Shown piece by piece: positions 42,265 to 50,464 of a stretch of DNA of 64,000 nucleotides. The position numbers and the translations under genes are program-made. Each line of letters opens with the position of its first letter. The stretch's first letter is position 1. The stretch is from an uncultured Chloroflexia bacterium (GTDB lineage: Bacteria > Chloroflexota > Dehalococcoidia > UBA2979). The DNA lies in assembly GCA_963728205.1 (NCBI GenBank), contig CAVSIV010000002.1, forward strand, positions 64,001 through 128,000. Direction: 5' to 3'. The notes under the pieces are model-generated. The model did not search any database. It saw only the letters and a program-made list of their open reading frames with translations, and was not told the origin of the DNA.

Positions 42265-42353
42265 CGAGCGGAGGGCGTGCCGCCCTCCGACTTCGCGTGC
42301 GTAACGCTCGATTGCCCGCGAGCAGAGTCGGAGGGCGCCAAGCCCTCCGCTCG
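42265..42353. repeat. REP-like inverted doublet, family B
   Basis: CGAGCGGAGGGC-n5-GCCCTCCGACT at 42265-42292 and an inverted copy at 42326-42353. Confidence 0.8.
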
Positions 42354-42363
42354 TCTTCCGCCA

Positions 42364-42600
42364 TCAGGGTTGCCCGGGCACGACCGCCACCGCTCCCGGC
42401 GGCTCCACTGACTTGCAGGCCGCGCTCGCGGCCGCGAACCCGACGCACTCGGGGTCGAACTTCCCGCTGTCGATCATGCCCGGCTGTCGGGGTCCGGGAA
42501 CGAGGGGTCGCCATCGGTCCGCGTGCAGCCGGCCCACTGCACCTCGGCGGCGAGCTTCGACGCGGACGGCGCCGCGCCGTGGGTGCCGACGGCCAGCTCG
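42364..42600 (-). pseudogene. Frameshifted remnant of a secreted/lipoprotein gene
   Basis: Two frames join to KLAAEVQWAGCTRTDGDPSFPDPDS/MIDSGKFDPECVGFAAASAACKS, similar to CMR..G...FPDP...AAxxAC lipoprotein repeats. No start or signal peptide. Confidence 0.5.
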
Positions 42601-42629
42601 GCCCGCCTGGCCCGCCGCAGCCGCGGCAA

Positions 42630-42727
42630 GCACCGCGACCGTCAGCTGGCTGCGACGCAATCTCGGTGAGCCGCCGGCGATCGAAACCATCACCAACGTC
42701 GGGTACCGGCTGATGCACCCGGCTTGA
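42630..42727 (+). pseudogene. 3' remnant of an OmpR-family response regulator
   Basis: TVSWLRRNLGEPPAIETITNVGYRL resembles the winged-helix end (LRRKLG..IETVRGVGYR). No receiver domain upstream. Confidence 0.55.
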
Positions 42728-42853
42728 GCCGCCGGACCGGCCGCGGTCTGCGCCGCCAGCGCAGCAGGCGATGCGGGCTCCGGTGCAGGAGGGGCGCCGG
42801 TCGACGCGCTCAGGGCCGTGGCCCGGCGCCGCTCGACGCGCGTTCGGTCGAGG

Positions 42854-43462
42854 TCAGAGCAGCCCCCGCGCGGCGAGCGCCGAGTGCAGCGCCGGCGCGC
42901 CCGTGAACCGGATGGCGTCCATCCCCAGCGCCCGCGCGGCGTTGACGTTCGCGGCGACGTCGTCGATGAACACGACCCGCGCGGGCGGCGCGTCGAGGCG
43001 CGCCAGCGCGCGCTCGAAGATCTCGCGCGACGGCTTGAGCGCGTGGAGCTCGCACGAGAACAGCAGCGGATCGAACCGCGACGCGACGCCGGGCAGCCGC
43101 GCCGCGAGCTGCTCCAGCAGCGACGGCGGGTTGTCGGTGAGCAGCGCGACCCGATGGTGGGGGCGAAGCGCGTCGACCAGCCTGAGCACTTCGGCGTCCT
43201 CCGACAGCACGCCGAGGTAGAGGTCGTCGAAGCGCGCGGCGTCCATGCGCAGCCCGAGGCGATCGCGCACGAGCGCATACCACTCGGCCGTCGTGAACAC
43301 GCCGCGGTCGAAGTCGCGCACGAGGTCCGTGGCGAAGAGGCGCGCGTGCACCTCCGCCGCGCTGAGGCCGCAGTCGGCGGCGAGTGCCGCGAGACGCGGC
43401 GCCGGGTCGAAGCGGCACACGGTGGAGCCGAGGTCGAACAGCATGACGGTCGCGTCGTCCAC
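42854..43462 (-). CDS. HAD family phosphatase
   Basis: FDLG, LTDN, KPSREIF and FIDD..ANV motifs. Confidence 0.88.
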   Translation of the reverse strand: MDDATVMLFDLGSTVCRFDPAPRLAALAADCGLSAAEVHARLFATDLVRDFDRGVFTTAEWYALVRDRLGLRMDAARFDDLYLGVLSEDAEVLRLVDALRPHHRVALLTDNPPSLLEQLAARLPGVASRFDPLLFSCELHALKPSREIFERALARLDAPPARVVFIDDVAANVNAARALGMDAIRFTGAPALHSALAARGLL

Positions 43463-43475
43463 CGCGCGATCCTAG

Positions 43476-43504
43476 CGAGCGGAGGGCATGTCGCCCCTCC
43501 GACT
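43476..43504. repeat. Single REP-like copy, family B
   Basis: CGAGCGGAGGG-n8-CCCTCCGACT. Confidence 0.65.
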
Positions 43505-43656
43505 CGGTCACCCGAACGACCGGCGATGCGCGCGCGAGTCTACGCGCGAGGCGACCGGATGCTGCTCGCGAAGTCGGCACGCGACACGCCCTCCGCTCGC
43601 CGCCGACGAGGCGGGCGTACCATGCGGCGCGCACCACCAGCACCGGAGGAGAGCCC

Positions 43657-44592
43657 ATGACCGACCTGCCGACCCGCACGCTCGGACGCACCGGCGTCGA
43701 GGTCACCGCGCTCGGCTACGGCGCGATGGAGCTACGCGGCGCCCCGCGCGGCCGCGAGATCGCGCCCGAGCAGGCCGAACGTGTCCTCAACGCCGTGCTC
43801 GACGGCGGCATCACCTTCGTCGACACCTCGCCCGACTACGGCGACAGCGAAGAGTTGATCGGCCGCTTCGTCTCGCACCGCCGCGACGAGTACTTCCTCG
43901 CCACGAAGTGCGGCTGCCTCGTCGCCGTCGAGCCGACGCCCGACGGGCCGCGTCATGTCTACACGCGCGAGAACATCCGCGCCGCGGTCGAGCAGAGCCT
44001 GCGGCGCATGAAGACGGACCGGCTCGACCTCGTCCAGTTCCACGGCAGCCCGTCGAAGGAGCAGCTCGAGGAGCACGGCGGGCTGCAGGCGCTGCTCGAC
44101 ATGCAACGCGAGGGCAAGGTGCGGTTCATCGGCTCGTCGTCGACGATCCCGAACCTCGCGGACCACATCGCGATGGGCGTGTTCGACGAGTTCCAGATCC
44201 CGTACTCGGCGCTGCAGCGCGAGCACGAGGCGCTGATCGCGCAGGCCGCGGCAGCCGGTGCCGGCACGGTGATCCGCGGCGGCGTCGCGCGCGGCGCGCC
44301 GTCCGAGGACAAGGCGTGGCGCGCCGGCCCGATCGGCGCGCAGGGCCCGGCGCCGCAGGACGTGTGGCAGAGCGCGCAGCTCGACGAGATCCTCACGGAG
44401 GGCATGAGCCGCATGGAGTTCACGCTGCGGTTCACCCTGTCGCACCCGCAGCTGAGCACGACCATCGTCGGGACCGCGAACCCGGACCACCTGCAGCAGA
44501 ACCTCGACGCCGCGGCGAAGGGCCCGCTGCCGGCGGACCTGTACGACGAGGCGAAGCGCCGCCTCGACGCGGCCGGCGCGCGGCCGGCGTAG
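43657..44592 (+). CDS. Aldo/keto reductase
   Basis: RTLGRTG, DTSPDYG, ATKCG, SLRRMKTDRLDLVQFH and EGKVRFIG motifs. Confidence 0.92.
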   Translation: MTDLPTRTLGRTGVEVTALGYGAMELRGAPRGREIAPEQAERVLNAVLDGGITFVDTSPDYGDSEELIGRFVSHRRDEYFLATKCGCLVAVEPTPDGPRHVYTRENIRAAVEQSLRRMKTDRLDLVQFHGSPSKEQLEEHGGLQALLDMQREGKVRFIGSSSTIPNLADHIAMGVFDEFQIPYSALQREHEALIAQAAAAGAGTVIRGGVARGAPSEDKAWRAGPIGAQGPAPQDVWQSAQLDEILTEGMSRMEFTLRFTLSHPQLSTTIVGTANPDHLQQNLDAAAKGPLPADLYDEAKRRLDAAGARPA

Positions 44593-44654
44593 CACCGCAG
44601 GCCAGTTCACGCAGCCAGCCGCCGCGGCATGCCGGCGGCTCGCAGGGGGGCGAC

Positions 44655-44981
44655 ATGATCTACGAGCTCCGCATCTACACCGCGCACCCCGGCAAGCTTG
44701 GTGCGCTGATCGCGCGGTTCCGCGACCACACCACCGCGCTCTTCGAGCGGCACGGCATCAAGAACGTCGGCTACTGGACGAACTCGGTCGGGGGCCGCAG
44801 CGACGAACTCTGGTACATGCTGGCGTTCGAGGACATGGGCCATCGCCAGCGCGCGTGGGCCGAGTTCGGAGCCGACCCGGACTGGCAGCGCGTGCGCGCC
44901 GAGTCCGAGCGCGACGGGCCGCTCGTTCACCACATCGAGAACCGGCTGATGGCGCCGACGGACTTCTCGCCGCTGAAGTAA
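44655..44981 (+). CDS. NIPSNAP family protein
   Basis: MIYELRIY...PGK...W..F.ADPDW...PTDFSPLK. Confidence 0.9.
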   Translation: MIYELRIYTAHPGKLGALIARFRDHTTALFERHGIKNVGYWTNSVGGRSDELWYMLAFEDMGHRQRAWAEFGADPDWQRVRAESERDGPLVHHIENRLMAPTDFSPLK

Positions 44982-45041
44982 CGGCCAGCGGAGGGCGCGA
45001 AGAACACGGCATGTCGGGCATCCAGACAGAGGAGGACGCGC

Positions 45042-45437
45042 ATGTTCAGCGGGGTCGATCACGTCGTGATCGCGGTCGAGGATCTCGACCAGGGGATCGC
45101 GAAGTACGAGGCGATCTTCGGCCAGAAGGTGAGCCGCACCGGCGAGCCGCCGGGTGCGGGCTTCAAGAACGCGTATTTCGACTTCGAGCACTCGCAGATC
45201 GAGCTCGTCGCGCCCACGAACGAGACGGGCCCCATCGGCCGCCGCATCGCCGGCTCCGGCGAGGGCGTGCACCTCGTCGCCATGCGCGTCGACGACCTCG
45301 ACGCCACGGTGGCCGACCTGCGCTCGCGCGGGGTGCGGCTGATCGGCGACCCGGGCGAGGGCAACCCCGTGAAGGGGCAGGTCTTCGTGCACCCGTCGGC
45401 CGCGGGAGGGGTGCTGCTGCAGCTCGTCGGTCGCTGA
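45042..45437 (+). CDS. VOC family (methylmalonyl-CoA epimerase-like) protein
   Basis: DHVVIAVEDL, IELVAP, GEGVHLVA and FVHP...GVLLQL motifs. Confidence 0.85.
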   Translation: MFSGVDHVVIAVEDLDQGIAKYEAIFGQKVSRTGEPPGAGFKNAYFDFEHSQIELVAPTNETGPIGRRIAGSGEGVHLVAMRVDDLDATVADLRSRGVRLIGDPGEGNPVKGQVFVHPSAAGGVLLQLVGR

Positions 45438-45536
45438 CGGCCGCCTCGGCATGCCTCCGGGTCCCTTCATCCCGACGCTACACTCGGGGCGGCGGGCTCG
45501 CGCCCGGCGCGCCCGCGGCTCGAGAGGAGCAGGCTC

Positions 45537-45740
45537 ATGGTCAGCTGGCTCACCAACCTCTTCGGCGGCGGCAGCGCCGTCGACCCGGTCTGCGGGATGA
45601 AGGTGAACAAGAAGGAACCGCCCGGCGGCAGCGCGGAGTACCAGGGCACGACGTATTACTTCTGCGGTCCGGGCTGCAAGGCCGAGTTCCAGGAGGATCC
45701 GCAGGGCTACCTTTCCGGGCAGAAGAAGATGGAGATGTAG
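45537..45740 (+). CDS. YHS domain protein
   Basis: DPVCGM...YQGTTYYFCGPGCKAEF..DP. Confidence 0.9.
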   Translation: MVSWLTNLFGGGSAVDPVCGMKVNKKEPPGGSAEYQGTTYYFCGPGCKAEFQEDPQGYLSGQKKMEM

Positions 45741-45775
45741 CCGATCGAATCACGCATCCGCGAACAGGAGCCGCC

Positions 45776-46366
45776 GTGGCGACGTACGACGCACGCACCG
45801 CGCTGATCGTCGTCGACGTGCAGAACGACTTCGCGGACGCCGACGGCAGCCTCTACGTCCGGGGCGGCGAGCAGATCATCGTCGGCGTGAACGACGAGAC
45901 GTCGCGCGCCGCGGCCGCCGGGGCGACCGTCGTGTTCACGCAGGACTGGCACCCGCAGTCCACGCCGCACTTCCAGAAGGACGGCGGCGTCTGGCCGGCG
46001 CACTGCGTGCACGACACGCGGGGCGCGGAGCTCCACCCGGCGCTTCGCGTCCCGGCCGGCGCCGAACGCGTGAAGAAGGGCGTCGGCGGCGAGGACGGCT
46101 ACTCCGCGTTCACCGTCCGCGACCCCGTGACCGGCGCCGAGTCCGCCACGGAGCTCCGGGCGCGGCTCCACGCACGCGGCGTCGTACACGTCGTGGTCTG
46201 CGGGCTCGCGGCCGACGTCTGCGTGAAGGAGACCGCGCTCGACGCGCTGAGCCTCGGATTCCGGACCAGCGTGCTGAGCGACCTCACGCGCGGCGTCGAC
46301 CTGCGGCCCGGTGACACCGAGCGCGCCTTCCAGCAGCTGGTCGAGGCGCGGGTGACGGTCGAGTGA
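45776..46366 (+). CDS. pncA: Nicotinamidase/pyrazinamidase
   Basis: VDVQNDF, QDWHP, WPAHCV, YSAF and GLAADVCV motifs. AGGAG RBS. Confidence 0.9.
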   Translation: MATYDARTALIVVDVQNDFADADGSLYVRGGEQIIVGVNDETSRAAAAGATVVFTQDWHPQSTPHFQKDGGVWPAHCVHDTRGAELHPALRVPAGAERVKKGVGGEDGYSAFTVRDPVTGAESATELRARLHARGVVHVVVCGLAADVCVKETALDALSLGFRTSVLSDLTRGVDLRPGDTERAFQQLVEARVTVE

Positions 46367-47757
46367 CCGGCGACCACAGCGGGTCGGGCGCCGACGGCCT
46401 GGAGCCCGCGCTCTTCACCGACCTCTACGAGCTGACGATGCTCCGCGCCTACCGCGCGGAGGGTATGCGCGAGCGTGCGGTGTTCTCGCTGTTCGTGCGC
46501 GCCCACCCGCGTCGCAACTTCCTCGTCGCCGCCGGGCTCGACGACGTGCTCGCGTACCTCGAGTCTCTCCGCTTCGGCCCAGCCGCGCTCGACTACCTCC
46601 GCACGCTCCCGGAGTTCCCCGCCGACTTCGTCGACTCGCTCGCGACCTTCCGCTTCACCGGCGACGTGTGGGCCGTGCCCGAGGGCACGCCGGTATTCGC
46701 CAACGAGCCCTTGCTCGAGGTCGAGGCCCCGATCGACGAGGCGCAGCTCGTCGAGACCTACCTGCTCAACCAGGTGTCGCTGCAGACGATGATCGCGTCG
46801 AAGGGCGTGCGGTCCGTGCTCGCCGCCGGCGGCAAGCCGGTGATCGACTTCGGCACGCGGCGAACCCACGGCATCGACGCGGCGCTCAAAGCGGCACGCG
46901 CGCTGTCGATCGTGGGCGTGCGCGCGACGTCGAACGTCGAGGGCGGCCGGCGCTACGGCCTGCCTGTCACCGGGACGATGGCGCACAGCTACATCCAGGC
47001 GCACGAGGACGAGCGCGCGGCGTTCCGGGCGTTCGTGCGCGCGTACCCCGACACGACTCTGCTCGTGGACACGTACGACACCGAGGAGGGCGTGCGGCGC
47101 GTCGTGCAGCTCGCGCGCGCGGTGCGCGCCGCCGGTGAGGACTTCCGCGTCCGCGCCGTGCGGCTCGACTCCGGTGACCTCGGCGTGCTGGCGCGGAGCG
47201 CGCGGGCGATCCTCGACGCCGGCGGGCTCGCGGACGTCGACATCGTGGTCAGCGGCGGGCTCGACGAGGACAAGATCGCGGCGCTGGAGGCGGGCGGCGC
47301 GCCAATCGCGTCGTACGCCGTGGGGACGACCATCAACACCTCCGCCGACGCGCCGACGCTCGACTCCGTCTACAAGCTCGTTGCCTACGGCGGCGAGGGC
47401 CGCGTGAAGCTCTCCGAGTCGAAGGAGACGCTGCCCGGCCGCAAGCAGGTGTTCCGGCGGTTCGACGGCGGCGAGGCGGCCGGCGACGTGATCGCTTGTG
47501 CGGACGAGACGCTCGACGGCGAGCCGCTGCTGCGGCCGGTGATGCGCGACGGCCGTGTGCTGCCGGGCGCGCGGCCGCCGCTCGACGCGATCCGCGAGCA
47601 CGCGGCGGCAGCGGTCGCGCGCCTGCCGGCGCGGCTGCGCGCGCTCGCGCCGGCGGAGCCGCCCTACCCGGTCGCGCTCAGCGACGCGCTGCAGGCGGAG
47701 AACGCGGCCGTGCGGGCGCGGCTGCGCGAGATGGTGCGCGCGGCCGACGCGCGGTGA
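46363..47757 (+). CDS. pncB: Nicotinate phosphoribosyltransferase
   Basis: TDLYELTM, DFGTRR, GTMAHS, LVDTYD and RLDSGD motifs. GTGA overlap with pncA. Confidence 0.95.
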   Translation: MTGDHSGSGADGLEPALFTDLYELTMLRAYRAEGMRERAVFSLFVRAHPRRNFLVAAGLDDVLAYLESLRFGPAALDYLRTLPEFPADFVDSLATFRFTGDVWAVPEGTPVFANEPLLEVEAPIDEAQLVETYLLNQVSLQTMIASKGVRSVLAAGGKPVIDFGTRRTHGIDAALKAARALSIVGVRATSNVEGGRRYGLPVTGTMAHSYIQAHEDERAAFRAFVRAYPDTTLLVDTYDTEEGVRRVVQLARAVRAAGEDFRVRAVRLDSGDLGVLARSARAILDAGGLADVDIVVSGGLDEDKIAALEAGGAPIASYAVGTTINTSADAPTLDSVYKLVAYGGEGRVKLSESKETLPGRKQVFRRFDGGEAAGDVIACADETLDGEPLLRPVMRDGRVLPGARPPLDAIREHAAAAVARLPARLRALAPAEPPYPVALSDALQAENAAVRARLREMVRAADAR

Positions 47758-47784
47758 CGCATGTCGGGCGGCTCGCTCTGTCCG

Positions 47785-47811
47785 CCCTTCGACTTCGCTC
47801 AGGACGAACGG
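47785..47811. repeat. REP-like copy, family C
   Basis: CCCTTCGACTTCGCTCAGGACGAACGG shares TTCGAC-n4-CTCA-n2-ACGAACGG with the arm at 48436-48463. Confidence 0.65.
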
Positions 47812-47824
47812 GACCGGCGGAAGA

Positions 47825-48370
47825 CTACAGCCAGCGCATCACCCGGCGGGCCGCCTCGTGGTCGCGTCGGCTCTTCTCGTCCCAGCGCTGAAGGAACGAC
47901 GCCGGGAGCGCGCCGCGCGCCTCGGCCCAGGTCAGCGGCTCGAGGGCGGACAATCGCTCGCGCGATCGCACGCCGACGAGGTACCCCGTCGCATCGCCCC
48001 AGTCGAACGCGTCGATCACCTCGCCCGCGAGCCAGCCCGTGCCGCCGGGGAAGTACGGGTCGCCTGCCTCGCTCAGCCGGTGCTCGAGGCCCGCGAGCTT
48101 GTCCCCGTCACGACCGCTGCGCAGGCCGAGCGGGTCGAGCAGCGCGGCTTGGTCGCGCGCGAGCAGCGTGACCGCGACCGTCCCGCTGGCCGCCACGAGA
48201 TCGTGCGTGAGATTCTCCTTCCACAGCCCGACCAGCAGCCGCGGCCGCTCCGGCACGATCGACGCGCCGAAGACCGAGACGCAGATCTGCGCGTTCGGCT
48301 GCTCCCCGTGCGAGCCGACCGCGCACAGCGGCGACCAGAAGTACGAGAGCGGGTCGCGGGGTGTGGTCAT
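47825..48370 (-). CDS. Flavin reductase-like (FMN-binding split barrel) protein
   Basis: NLTHDLV, GLRSGRDGDK and GD..YLVGV motifs. Confidence 0.82.
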   Translation of the reverse strand: MTTPRDPLSYFWSPLCAVGSHGEQPNAQICVSVFGASIVPERPRLLVGLWKENLTHDLVAASGTVAVTLLARDQAALLDPLGLRSGRDGDKLAGLEHRLSEAGDPYFPGGTGWLAGEVIDAFDWGDATGYLVGVRSRERLSALEPLTWAEARGALPASFLQRWDEKSRRDHEAARRVMRWL

Positions 48371-50405
48371 CTACTCGGGATTCGGGCTGGTGGTGCGACT
48401 GCGCTCACCACGAGCGGTGCCGGGGTGCTTTCTTGCCGTTCGTGGTGAGCGCAGTCGAACCACGAGCTTCCGTCCGAAGTAGTCGAGGATCACGTTGAAC
48501 CGGTCCACCCGGTGGCTCGGCCGTCCGCCGCGCGAGAGCTCGTGGTTCTCGTCGGGGAAGCGCACGAATTCCACGTCGCGGCGGAGCTTGCGCAGCGGGA
48601 CGAAGAGCGCCTCCGCCTGCGACACCGGGCAGCGCAGGTCGTCCTCGGAGTGCAGGATCAGCAGCGGCGTGCGCATCTCGCGCACGTACGTCGACGGCGA
48701 CTGGCGGAAGAGCGCCTCGCGGTCGTCGAAGGTCGTCGCGCGCTCGCCGAGGTAGCGCTGCGCGAACGTCGCGCCGATGTCGCTCGTGCCCTGGAAGACG
48801 TACCAGTCGTTGACCGCGCGCTCGCTGCAGGCGGCGGCGAAGCGCTGCGTGTGCCCGACGATCCACGACGTCATGAACCCGCCGTACGACCCGCCGAGCA
48901 CGCCCAGCCGGCGCGCGTCGGCCCACGGCATGCGGCGGAGCGCCGCCTCGAAGGCGGCGATCACGTCGTGGTAGTCCGGCCCGCCCATGTCGCCCACGAT
49001 CGCGCGGGCGAACGCGGTGTCCTGGCCGGACCCGCCGCGCGGGTTGCAGAAGACGACGCCGTAGCCGGCGCCCGCGTAGACCTGGAACTCGTCGAAGAAG
49101 GCGTGGCCGTACTGCCCGAACGGCCCGCCATGCACGCTCAGCAGCACGGGGTAACGACGGCCGGCGCGGAAGCCGTGCGGCTTCACGATCCAGGTGTCGA
49201 TCTCGACGCCGGGCGCCGAGCGCACGACGAAGTGCTGCGCGCGCTGCGTGCCGACCTCGCGACGCCAGTCGCGGTTGAGGTGTGCGAGGCGCGTGAGGAC
49301 GCCGGTCCGCAGGTCGAGCCGGTGCACCTCCGGCGGCTCCGTGACGGAGTCGAGCACCACCGCCGCGGTGCGGCCGTCGGCCGCGACCGAAAGCGCGCCG
49401 GCGGTGTGGCGCCCGGCGCCGACCCAGCGGGTCGGCTTCCCCGGCTCCGCGATCAGCGGCGACTCCGCGCCGCGGTCGCTCGCGGTCGCGAGGAGGCGGC
49501 GGCCGTCGAGCCAGAACGGCCCGCGCTCGGCGTTCGTCTGGCGGTCGAACGCGGCGTCGACCGGCGTCGCGCGCCCGCTGGCGACGGTCACGACGCGCAG
49601 CGTCGCGTTCCCGGGCTGCTCCGCGGCGAACGTCTGCGCGATGCGCCGCCCGTCGGGCGACCACGACGGCGCGCCGCCGGCGCCCGTCGCGTCCGCGAGC
49701 AGCCGCGCCCGCCCGCCCGCCGCCGGCACGAGCCAGAGCTGGTTGTTGCCGTCCTCCTCGCGCGAGCGGTGGCGCGCCGAGAGGAACGCGATCGTGCGGC
49801 CGTTCGGCGACCATGCCGGCGCGGTGTCGTCCCAGTCGCCGTTGGTCAGGCGCTGCACGCCGCCGGTCGCGACGTCGACGACGTGGATGTGGCGCCGGCG
49901 GTCGTAGGTGAACCCCTCGCCGTTGAGGCGGTACTTCACGGTGTCGATGCGGCGGTAGGGGCGGGCCGGCTGCGGGCGGTCGCTGCCGGGCGGGGGCGGA
50001 TTCTGGCGGCGGCTCGCCCGTGCGGCCGGCGAAGGCGATGCGCGTGCCGTCGGGCGACCACGCCGGCGCCGCCGCGCCGAGCGGCTGCCGGGTGAGCCGA
50101 CGCGGCTCGCCGCCGTCGGCCGCCATCACGTGGATCTGCGCGCGGCCTTCGCCCTCGCGACGCTGGAACGCGAGCCACCGGCCGTCCGGCGACCAGCGCG
50201 GTGTGACGTCGTGCGCGCCCGTCGTGAACGCGCGCGGCGGCGCGCCGCCGTCCGCGGGGACGACCCAGATCGACGACCGCACCTCGTCGCGCTCGCGGTC
50301 GAGCCGCGTCACGACGAACGCCACGCGCGTGCCGTCCGGCGAGATGTCGCAGTCCGCGACCCAGTCGATCGCGTAGAGGTCGTCGGGCGTCATCGCACGC
50401 GCCAT
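48371..50405 (-). pseudogene. S9 family peptidase with a +1 frameshift near 50000
   Basis: The N-terminal propeller (ISPDG, WSPDG repeats) from ATG 50405 is one frame off the catalytic part (HGGP, GGSYGG, HSEDD, ENH). Confidence 0.82.
48390..48463. repeat. REP-like inverted doublet, family C, inside the 3' end of the S9 peptidase
   Basis: 28-bp arms at 48390-48417 and 48436-48463 with 2 mismatches. Confidence 0.85.
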
Positions 50406-50418
50406 GGGCTCATTCCCT

Positions 50419-50450
50419 TCGTCGTCCTCGTCGTCCTCGTCGTCCTCGTC
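50419..50450. repeat. 9-bp tandem repeat TCGTCGTCC, about 3.5 copies
   Basis: Intergenic between the two S9 genes. Confidence 0.8.
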
Positions 50451-50464
50451 AGGCGGCGCCGTGG

